Source: Candidatus Latescibacterota bacterium
Lineage (GTDB): Bacteria; Latescibacterota; UBA2968; UBA8231
Direction: 5' to 3'
NCBI GenBank assembly: GCA_965215195.1
Contig: CBDCDC010000002.1
Coordinates: 4,288,001-4,352,000 of the forward strand
Length of the DNA stretch: 64,000 bases
Shown here: piece after piece, positions 56,844 through 64,000 of the stretch
Layout of the letters: the number at the start of each line of letters is the position of its first letter
How positions within the stretch are numbered: the stretch's first letter is position 1
Program-made: the position numbers and the translations under genes
Notes under the pieces: generated by a model
What the model saw: the letters and a program-made list of their open reading frames with translations, nothing else
Told to the model about the DNA's origin: nothing
The model's database searches: none

Positions 56844-57962
56844 ATGCAAACCACCGCTAAGCTGATATGCGGCCCTGCCCAGTCCATGGCGGGAATCGCG
56901 GATGAATCGGTTGATTTGATCGTCACCTCGCCGCCCTATCCGATGGTAGAAATGTGGGATGAGATTTTCGCGCTCCAAGACGGCCGCATCCGGGAGCAAC
57001 TGTCGCACGGCAACGGACGGGCCGCCTTCGCGCTCATGCACGAGCTGCTCGATGCAGTGTGGATGCAGTGCAGCCGCGTCATGAAGCCGGGGGCCATTGC
57101 CTGCGTCAACATTGGCGACGCCACCCGAACCTTGGATGGCGACTTCCAGTTATACTCCAATCACTCCCGCATCCTCAGCAGCTTCATAGGCCAAGGTTTT
57201 GCGGCCTTGCCCGATATACTCTGGCGCAAACAGACCAACGCACCCAACAAATTTATGGGGTCTGGGATGCTGCCCGTAGGGGCGTATGTGACCTACGAGC
57301 ACGAGTACATTCTCGTGGTTAGAAAAGGGCGGCGGCGAACCTTCACAACGGCTGCCGAGAAAGCCAACCGCCGAGCGAGCGCCTTCTTCTGGGAGGAGCG
57401 CAACGTCTGGTTCTCAGACGTGTGGTTCGATGTAAAGGGAACTTCGCAAGGGCTCGTTGATGCGCCGACCCGCGAGCGCAATGCGGCCTTCCCGTTTGAA
57501 TTGGCCTACCGGCTCGTCTGCATGTTTTCCGTCAAAGAAGACTTGGTGCTCGATCCGTTTGCGGGCACTGGAACGACACTCGCAGCCGCCCTAACAGCGG
57601 GAAGAAACTCGGTCGGCGTGGAGATTGACGAGACATTGGTGCCGGTCGCGCAAAACCAGCTTCGCTCCACACCCCCAGCCGCCAACGAGTACAACCACGC
57701 CCGGCTAGCTCGGCACGCAGAGTGGGCGGCCGTGCGCAAGACAGAGAGCGGTCCGTTGAAATACGCGAACCGCCATTACGGATTTCCGGTAATGACGGCT
57801 CAGGAACAAGACCTGTTGCTAAACGACGTAACGGGAATTGCCGGCGAGGCCGACGGCATGGCACTGGTGGCTCAGTACAGCGCGGAACCGAATGATTGCT
57901 TTGCAGCGCATCCGCGCAAAAGCAAGGCCGCCGCTCAAACGCTGCTGCCGCTAAGCTCTTAA
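56844..57962 (+). CDS. Beta-class DNA amino-methyltransferase (probably N4-cytosine)
   Basis: DLIVTSPPY precedes VLDPFAGTGTT; ILWRK; HEYIL. Confidence 0.9.
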   Translation: MQTTAKLICGPAQSMAGIADESVDLIVTSPPYPMVEMWDEIFALQDGRIREQLSHGNGRAAFALMHELLDAVWMQCSRVMKPGAIACVNIGDATRTLDGDFQLYSNHSRILSSFIGQGFAALPDILWRKQTNAPNKFMGSGMLPVGAYVTYEHEYILVVRKGRRRTFTTAAEKANRRASAFFWEERNVWFSDVWFDVKGTSQGLVDAPTRERNAAFPFELAYRLVCMFSVKEDLVLDPFAGTGTTLAAALTAGRNSVGVEIDETLVPVAQNQLRSTPPAANEYNHARLARHAEWAAVRKTESGPLKYANRHYGFPVMTAQEQDLLLNDVTGIAGEADGMALVAQYSAEPNDCFAAHPRKSKAAAQTLLPLSS

Positions 57963-58282
57963 TCGGCGTTGCGCTCTCCAGCCGTGCGCACCGTGCTCTG
58001 CAGCGCTTCATAGGCCGCCTCGCAATCCGCGAGCGCAGCACTCTGTTCCTTGATTTGTTGGTTTAGGGCTTGTACTTGATCGTCGGCCACTGGATCGTTA
58101 CCGGCTTCGAGGAGCTGGTGAACCCGCGCCCCCAGATCCGCTTGGGTGCGGTGGAGTTGGGTCCTAGCAGCGGCGATATCGAGCCGGGCACGCGCTAGAC
58201 GGGTCAGGTCGCCGGCCTTGTCGGCCGCGGCGGCCGCGCCTTCTTGTAGCCCTTTCACGAGATTGTTCCACAGGTTGTCCAC
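57959..58282 (-). CDS. Hypothetical coiled-coil protein
   Basis: GTG start after GAGG; LWNNLVKGLQEGAAAAADKAGDLTRLARARLDI. Confidence 0.65.
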   Translation of the reverse strand: MDNLWNNLVKGLQEGAAAAADKAGDLTRLARARLDIAAARTQLHRTQADLGARVHQLLEAGNDPVADDQVQALNQQIKEQSAALADCEAAYEALQSTVRTAGERNAD

Positions 58283-58298
58283 TGAGACCTCATATCGT

Positions 58299-58748
58299 TT
58301 AAGTGTCTGGTGCCGAGGCGCGGCGCAATTCGCGGAGGAGCGTCTCTTTGTTGGCCCGCGAAATTTGGCGGCCCTTGAGCTGAGCATGGGGTAGCTGGCG
58401 CACGAGTTGGCGCAGGCGGGCGACTGGCAAACCCTCTAGTTCATCGGGGGATGGCTGCGTTGGCGGGGTGGCTGCTTGGGGCTGGTGCAGGAGCAGGTTT
58501 TCTATGTCTAAATGGGGGGCGGGAATGACGCGGTGGCTAATCACCTCGCTGACCTTGCGTGCGGCTTCGACGCCAGCTTGCACGGCTACTTGAACGGCGG
58601 CAACCTCACCTCTAAAGTGCGTTGAAACCAGCCCGGCACCGACGCGCTTGATGCCGAGGAGCTCGACCGGAGCGGATTTTACGGCTGCGTCGGCTGCTTC
58701 GACGACGCCGACGAGACCGCGAGTCTCAATCAGCCCTAGGGCAGCCAT
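58299..58748 (-). CDS. Bacterial microcompartment hexamer (BMC-H) shell protein with C-terminal extension
   Basis: ALGLIETRGLVGVVEAADAAVKSAPVEL, GEVAAVQVAV, HRVIPAPH; Pro-rich linker and helical tail. Confidence 0.92.
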   Translation of the reverse strand: MAALGLIETRGLVGVVEAADAAVKSAPVELLGIKRVGAGLVSTHFRGEVAAVQVAVQAGVEAARKVSEVISHRVIPAPHLDIENLLLHQPQAATPPTQPSPDELEGLPVARLRQLVRQLPHAQLKGRQISRANKETLLRELRRASAPDT

Positions 58749-58766
58749 TGGGCGAGCTTGGCCCGG

Positions 58767-58994
58767 TCAACGAGTGTCGTCGATGGTGTGGGGGACGAGG
58801 GCCAAATAGCGGGCGCGCTTGATGGCGCGGACGACGTGCGTCTGCTGCTTGCGCGTGGCACCGGTGCGCCGGGCCGATTCGATCTTGCCGGTCGGCGTGA
58901 TAAACTTGACTAGGACATCGAGGCGCTTGTAGTCGATGTCTTCGGACTTGAGCTTGGCTACGGCCTCTCGGCGCGTACTGCGGAACTTGGCGAT
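58767..58994 (-). CDS. rpsR: 30S ribosomal protein S18 (Cys-free form; probable ATC start)
   Basis: IDYK, FITPTGKI, RRTG, QQ...AIKRARYLAL; AAGGAG 7 nt before in-frame ATC. Confidence 0.9.
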   Translation of the reverse strand: MAKFRSTRREAVAKLKSEDIDYKRLDVLVKFITPTGKIESARRTGATRKQQTHVVRAIKRARYLALVPHTIDDTR

Positions 58995-59051
58995 GACGAC
59001 GCTCCTTTTTAAGGCACCCGCTTGGGCGGGCACGTACATTTAGAAGGGCAG

Positions 59052-59080
59052 AAAATACAGGAGGGACCGGGGCATGTCAA
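59052..59080 (-). promoter_or_regulatory. Sigma70-type promoter of rpsR
   Basis: TTGACA-17 nt-TATTTT on minus strand. Confidence 0.7.
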
Positions 59081-59107
59081 TATGTTGCCCCAGCCCCGGC
59101 ACCCGCG

Positions 59108-60274
59108 TTAGCGCGGGTTCATTTCGTCGTGGAGCTGGCGCATGATTTGATGATGCCCCATGCCCTCGTCCCAGAGCTTTTTGTACCTCGTCTCGTCGAT
59201 GCCGTCGCGCTTGAGAAAGCCGCGGATGTCGTAGCGGCCCTCGACTTCTACGGGCAGGCCGCCCTCCTCGACCATGAGCTGGAGGGGATAGCCCTTTTCT
59301 TGCAGCGGCAGGTGGATTGCGCGGTTGCGGCGCGCCGATTCGTAGAGGGCCATCATAATTTCCACGGTGTCGCGGGCCGTGGTGCCGGCATTGCGGTGCG
59401 CGGCCTTGTGGCCTTCGAGGCAGGCGATGAGTTCGCGGACTTGGGCGGCATTGGTGTTGCCTCCAATGGCCTTACTGCCTTCAGTGAGCGCGAGATCGAC
59501 TTCCCGCCAGCCGCCAGAGGAGGCGTTCATAAGCTGGAGCCGGGTCTCGCTCACCGATAAAATCCCTTCGCGGCCGCGGATTTCAAAGTGGCCGGCACCA
59601 GCCCCCTCGCGCATGAGGTCGGACTGAATGAAAAGCTGGAGATCGCCGGCGAAGTGGACCAAGCCCATGCAGGCGTCTTCGATCATGGTGTCGCGCTCGT
59701 AGCGGTCGGTGCGGCGCTCGACCGCGCCCATGACCCATTGGGCGCAAGGGTCGCCGAGCACGAAGCGCGAGCCGTCAATGGAGTGCGTGCCCCAGTTGGT
59801 CAGGCCGTCGGCGACCTTGTTGGTGACGAACAGCGGTGTGCCAATCGCGCCCTCTTCGATTAGGGCCTTGGCCTTTTCCCAGCCCGGGGTAAAGCGGCGT
59901 TGATGGCTGATGACCAGTTGGGTGCCGTGCGCCTCGCAGGCATCGACCATGGAGTCGGCCGCGGCCATGCCGATGGCCATGGGCTTTTCGCAGATGACGG
60001 CGCGGGCACCGCCCGCGGCCGCGGCCATGGTGGGTGCCGGATGCAAAAGATGCCAAGTGCAGACGCTGACGATGTCGGGCCGGGCCTTTTCCATCATCTC
60101 TTCGACCGTCTCAAATTCCTGCGGGATGCCGTATGCGTCTAGGTAGGTCTTGCGAGCCATGGCGACCGGGTCGGCGACGGCGATCACCTCGACCTCGTCC
60201 ACGAGATTGTAGCCTTCCATGTGGGCGTTGCCTATGGAGCCACAGCCGACAATTGCCGCGGTATAGCGTTTCAT
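59108..60274 (-). CDS. Gfo/Idh/MocA family oxidoreductase
   Basis: IVGCGSIG, DIVSVCT, ICEKPMA, HQRRF, NWGTHSID. Confidence 0.92.
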   Translation of the reverse strand: MKRYTAAIVGCGSIGNAHMEGYNLVDEVEVIAVADPVAMARKTYLDAYGIPQEFETVEEMMEKARPDIVSVCTWHLLHPAPTMAAAAGGARAVICEKPMAIGMAAADSMVDACEAHGTQLVISHQRRFTPGWEKAKALIEEGAIGTPLFVTNKVADGLTNWGTHSIDGSRFVLGDPCAQWVMGAVERRTDRYERDTMIEDACMGLVHFAGDLQLFIQSDLMREGAGAGHFEIRGREGILSVSETRLQLMNASSGGWREVDLALTEGSKAIGGNTNAAQVRELIACLEGHKAAHRNAGTTARDTVEIMMALYESARRNRAIHLPLQEKGYPLQLMVEEGGLPVEVEGRYDIRGFLKRDGIDETRYKKLWDEGMGHHQIMRQLHDEMNPR

Positions 60275-60406
60275 AGAGCGTATCTCCTTGGCGAAAACGT
60301 AAGAGCGGATTTACTATGGGACATAATAAAGAATAGACATTAGGTTATCTTCAAGTCTTTAAGGCCGCACAACCCAAGCCTGCAGGTTCGGGAGCTAGCG
60401 CCAATT

Positions 60407-60829
60407 ATGGAAACCCTGTACGTCTCGCCCACGCTCTCCATCCCGCTTTCCGAGCTGCGCTTCAAGTTTCGCCGCAGTTCTGGGCCGGGGGGACAAAACG
60501 TCAACAAGCTCAATACCTCGGTTGAGCTACAGTTTGACTTTGTCCACAGTGCGGCGCTCAGCGACGAGCAGCGCCAGCAGATTGCCGAGAAGCTCGCCAT
60601 GCGGCTGAACAGCACGGGCGCGCTCTCGATTCAGTCGGAGCGATTTCGTACGCAGGGACGCAATCGCGCCGACTGCCTCAACAAGCTGGCCGCCCTGCTC
60701 GCCGAGGCGCTCAAGAAGCCGCCTAAACGCGAAAAAACCAAGCCCAGCCGCGCCGCCCAAGCGCGTCGCCTCGACGGCAAGCGGCGTCATTCCGAGAAAA
60801 AAAAGAGCCGCCGACCGCCTTTGGATTGA
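60407..60829 (+). CDS. arfB: Alternative ribosome-rescue factor ArfB
   Basis: RSSGPGGQNVNK, RTQGRNR, basic tail KTKPSRAAQARRLDGKR. Confidence 0.93.
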   Translation: METLYVSPTLSIPLSELRFKFRRSSGPGGQNVNKLNTSVELQFDFVHSAALSDEQRQQIAEKLAMRLNSTGALSIQSERFRTQGRNRADCLNKLAALLAEALKKPPKREKTKPSRAAQARRLDGKRRHSEKKKSRRPPLD

Positions 60830-60948
60830 ACGTTTGGCCTTCTTGGTGCGTCAAAAGATAGTATTTGCACATGTTCACTTGGTATTCTACCTTCAACTTT
60901 AACGTGAACGTAAAGGTTGTTATCTCTCTAAAAATGTTGAGGCCTTAA

Positions 60949-61794
60949 ATGAACGCATACAATAAAGAGACAATGTACTCGGCGACCGATCTCTACTGGC
61001 GCGACATAAAAAATGCCGAGCCGCTCAGTCGCCAGCAAGAAATCGCCCTCTTCAAGTGCGCCAAAGCAGGGGACGAAGAGGCGCGTCAGGTGCTGGTGCA
61101 GGCCAATTTGCGCTTTGTGGTTCGCGTCGCCCGCGAGTACCACGACTGTGGTCTCTCGCTGATTGAGTTGATTTCCGAGGGCAACCTCGGGCTGCTCGAA
61201 GCCGTTCAGCGCTTCGACGAGACGCGCGGCTTTAAGTTCATCACCTATGCCGTGTGGTGGATTCGCCAGGCCATCCTGCGCGCCTTAGCCGAACACAGCA
61301 AAATTGCCCGCCCGCCCCTGAGCCGGATCAGCGACCGGCAGAAGGTCGAAAAGGAGGCCGCGGTCCTCGCTCAGCAACTAGGGCGCTCTCCGACAGTTGA
61401 GGAGATCGCCGCCTGCGTCGATTTCTCGGCCGAGCGCATCCGCAACGCCTTTGAGATGGGGCAGCCGGATCTGCCCTTGGACGCCCCGGCCTTTGCCGAT
61501 GGCGAGATGACGTTTGCGCAGACCTTTGTCTCGGCCGAGCCCAGCTCGCACGAGCGCTTCGTCGACGGGGAAATGCGTGCGGCTGTGGCCGATTGTCTGA
61601 AGGTGCTCGACTCCCGCGAGTCCCACATCGTCCGCGCTTATTTTGGCCTCGACGACAGCTCGCCCAAGACCTTGGAGGAGATCGGCGAGTCCATGGGCGT
61701 CACCCGCGAGCGCGTGCGGCAGTTGCGGAACAGGGCTTTGGAAAAAATGAAAGACGAGTGCGGCGGGCAGTTGGTCGAGTTTTCGCGCAACTGA
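60949..61794 (+). CDS. Sigma70-family alternative sigma factor (regions 1.2-4, no region 1.1)
   Basis: ANLRFVV, EGNLGLLEAVQRFDETRGFKFITYAVWWIRQAI, TLEEIG...VTRERVRQ. Confidence 0.93.
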   Translation: MNAYNKETMYSATDLYWRDIKNAEPLSRQQEIALFKCAKAGDEEARQVLVQANLRFVVRVAREYHDCGLSLIELISEGNLGLLEAVQRFDETRGFKFITYAVWWIRQAILRALAEHSKIARPPLSRISDRQKVEKEAAVLAQQLGRSPTVEEIAACVDFSAERIRNAFEMGQPDLPLDAPAFADGEMTFAQTFVSAEPSSHERFVDGEMRAAVADCLKVLDSRESHIVRAYFGLDDSSPKTLEEIGESMGVTRERVRQLRNRALEKMKDECGGQLVEFSRN

Positions 61795-61849
61795 GCGGGC
61801 GAGAGGCCCATTGCCGGGGGCTGTGCCGCGTCCTATTATTGAATACCCT

Positions 61850-62134
61850 ATGGCCCAGCTCCGGCAGAAATTATTGGTGCTCTACGCCCATTCTCCCGAT
61901 TTGCACAGCCAAACCGTGGCTTGGTCGCTCTACGACGGCACGGGCGAGGAGCGATCCAGCAGCGGCGATAGCGAGGTGCCCCCCTATCCTTCGGTGGTGG
62001 CGGCCATGCGGGATGGGTGGAGGGTGGTTCAGTTCCCGCAGCAGTACCCGGCCTATCGAGGCATGGAATACAATACATCCTATCTGAAATACGAGTACAT
62101 CCTCGAAAAGATGGAGGCAATCGATGGTCGATAA
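61850..62134 (+). CDS. Small hypothetical protein overlapping the PhyH gene
   Basis: VAWSLYDG, PPYPSVVAAMRDGWRVVQ; 11-bp overlap with next gene. Confidence 0.7.
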   Translation: MAQLRQKLLVLYAHSPDLHSQTVAWSLYDGTGEERSSSGDSEVPPYPSVVAAMRDGWRVVQFPQQYPAYRGMEYNTSYLKYEYILEKMEAIDGR

Positions 62135-62936
62135 GCAATATCTCCTGAATACCAAGCAAATGGCCCAGTTTGTCGCCGACGGCTTGTTGCGCTTTGATGA
62201 ACTGGTGCCCGACGAGCTGAATCGCGCCGCGTGCGCGGAGATGGAAACCGGGATTCCGCGGGGCAAAGCCGGCGCGCCGCTCGCCGAACTGTGGACCGAT
62301 GCGGCGGTTGGCCAAGTCGTGCGCCTGCCCAGTGTGCAGGGGATCATTCACAGCTTAGTCGGCCCCGACCCCCTCTACGACCACCACGCCGTGCATACGG
62401 TTGATGCCCACCACGAGCACGGGCAGATCTGGCACGCCGACGCGATCATCGACACCCGGCTGCACTTTGACATCCAGCTCTTTTACTTTGCCCACGACAC
62501 GCCGCGGGAGATGGGCGGCACCATGTTCCTTCCCGGCAGTATCTATCGCCGCATCAGCGAGTCGGACATCGCTCGCTATCAAAACTTCCTCGGGCAGATG
62601 CCAATGGTCTGCAAGGCCGGCACAGTGGCTGTGGCCCACCACGGCATCTGGCACTGCGCCCAGCCCAACCTAACCGGCCGCAAGCGCTACATGTTCAAGC
62701 TGCGGCTCAACCCCACGGTGCGGCAGAAGAAGCTGTGGAATACCGACGATATCGACGACGCGGATATACCCGCCCTGCTCAATGCCAACCACCGCTGGTA
62801 CGGCAACGAGGTGCGCTTAGAGGTCGTCAACCGCATCAAGCTGTGGCGCTTCTTGACCGGCGACGAAAGCTACGACGTGTCCTACTGGCTGTCGCGGCTG
62901 GAGAACGCGCCCGAAAACGAGCTGCGGGTAGCGTGA
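62124..62936 (+). CDS. Phytanoyl-CoA dioxygenase (PhyH) family oxygenase
   Basis: FVADG, WHADA (HxD), GGTMFLPGS, HGIWHC, RYMFKLR. Confidence 0.82.
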   Translation: MVDKQYLLNTKQMAQFVADGLLRFDELVPDELNRAACAEMETGIPRGKAGAPLAELWTDAAVGQVVRLPSVQGIIHSLVGPDPLYDHHAVHTVDAHHEHGQIWHADAIIDTRLHFDIQLFYFAHDTPREMGGTMFLPGSIYRRISESDIARYQNFLGQMPMVCKAGTVAVAHHGIWHCAQPNLTGRKRYMFKLRLNPTVRQKKLWNTDDIDDADIPALLNANHRWYGNEVRLEVVNRIKLWRFLTGDESYDVSYWLSRLENAPENELRVA

Positions 62937-62962
62937 GCCCAAGCACAATTCAGGCTACAATA

Positions 62963-62995
62963 GGAGCCGACTTGCAACCGCAGGTCGGCTCTTTT
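62963..62995 (+). terminator. Intrinsic terminator
   Basis: gagccgact...ggtcggctc-tttt. Confidence 0.75.
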
Positions 62996-63012
62996 GCGTT
63001 TTATACGCGACG

Positions 63013-63768
63013 TTAATCGGCAGACGATGGCAATGCGGCGGGTGCGGGGCTTGTGAAGACCAAGCGCGGCAATTCGTCGAAGACAGCCACGTCAGTGTGC
63101 TGACGCTCGCCGCGGCCATCGGAGAGCAGGATGGCTCCGTGGTGCTGCCAGTTGGTCCAGGGACCAGTAAAGCGCGGTTCGGCGTCGGCCGCGTCGCGGT
63201 AGAACGCCCATTGGGTCACTAACCGCGATTCTTGGTCGATCCAGACCGCGTATTTGTTCTGCGGGGTGACGCCGACGCCTTTGAACGCGAGCTCTAGCAC
63301 TTCGGCTGGGCGGCCGTCTTGGGTGGCTTCGAGGCCCCGGTAGCGCAGGGTGACGCCGGTGTCCTTGAGCTTGTAGGGCATGACCAGCCAGTACGAGTCG
63401 TTGATCCAGGCGCGGTAGCCGTGGTCGAGTTTAGCTGCGAGGGTGTCGGGGTCGCTGATCTCCACACCAGCGGCGAAGGCTCGGCCCTCTTTGCTGTGGA
63501 TGTTCATCAGCACTGTCAAATCGCCTTGCTCGAAGCGGATGTCCCCAGTCCACTTGTCCCACACGTGTAAGCGGAAACCGAAAAAGCGCCAAGTGATGTA
63601 GCGAGTGGCGTCCCAGTTGGCGCGGCCGCCCATCGCGGCCATGACTTCGTCGGCTAGAGCGATGGCTTTGGGGTCGGAACCGGCGGCGTTGAAGCCGGGG
63701 GCCGAGGGGTTGTCGCCGGCGTGGGCCGGGCCGATGAAAAAGACGAGGGGCAGGAGTAGGCGGGGCAT
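63013..63768 (-). CDS. Secreted hypothetical protein (DUF6503/LolA-like)
   Basis: Signal peptide AHA-G; AMGGRANWD, WINDSYWLVMPYKLKD.GV, VGVTP. Confidence 0.7.
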   Translation of the reverse strand: MPRLLLPLVFFIGPAHAGDNPSAPGFNAAGSDPKAIALADEVMAAMGGRANWDATRYITWRFFGFRLHVWDKWTGDIRFEQGDLTVLMNIHSKEGRAFAAGVEISDPDTLAAKLDHGYRAWINDSYWLVMPYKLKDTGVTLRYRGLEATQDGRPAEVLELAFKGVGVTPQNKYAVWIDQESRLVTQWAFYRDAADAEPRFTGPWTNWQHHGAILLSDGRGERQHTDVAVFDELPRLVFTSPAPAALPSSAD

Positions 63769-63832
63769 GAGGGCTTTTCCCGGAGAGGGTTTGCGCTAAA
63801 TGCGTTTAGAGGGAATCTCTTAGTATATGACA

Positions 63833-64000
63833 CTAAGTCTCGGGCATTACTGCTGGTAGCAATTTTTCCAGTTCGGCCAGCGGGGCCTCCAAGGTCTGGA
63901 TCGCCTCGGTCCAGAACTGAGTGTCTTCGAGGTCGCGGCCCAAGGCCCGGCGGGCCACGCCCTCGGCCGTGTCGCTGCCAGTGAGGCGGAGGAATTCCTC
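63833..64000 (-). CDS. C-terminal end of probable M3B oligoendopeptidase F (partial)
   Basis: Manual translation EEFLRLTGSDTAEGVARRALGRDLEDTQFWTEAIQTLE...*. Confidence 0.6.
   Translation of the reverse strand, partial: EEFLRLTGSDTAEGVARRALGRDLEDTQFWTEAIQTLEAPLAELEKLLPAVMPET

Noticed and set aside
60949-61794. Primary sigma factor rpoD
   Set aside because: Only 281 aa with no region 1.1 and a divergent region 3; cannot be assigned as the housekeeping sigma from sequence alone.

Overview
A GC-rich bacterial chromosomal window of about 55 CDS, with no rRNA, tRNA, CRISPR array, transposase or integrase detected. Gene content points to an FCB-superphylum organism outside Bacteroidota, probably Latescibacterota/Gemmatimonadota-like and possibly sponge-associated (inference from porX-tsaE, T9SS-like C-terminal domains, two PhyH dioxygenases, and ankyrin/TPR/PD40/CRTAC1 proteins). 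The best candidate for an undescribed system is the co-oriented minus-strand locus at 1-13004. It encodes a parvulin chaperone, a CBM9-like secreted protein with a C-terminal 'AVESESWARIK' tag, a lipoprotein, three paralogous secreted proteins with TPNGDGxND/FlgD-Ig C-terminal domains, an ~880-aa acidic secreted protein (possible outer-membrane barrel) and a CRTAC1-like lipoprotein. Other notable items: an rpsR that appears to start at ATC; two accessory regions associated with duplicated terminator hairpins; a kinase with a triplicated sensor domain next to porX; a metallopeptidase-PD40-Omp85 fusion; an orphan BMC shell gene; an Mrr plus N4-C methyltransferase pair; an RGG-tailed S21; and archaeal-type 2-phosphoglycerate kinase and PurO. 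All calls come from reading motifs by eye; no database searches were run.
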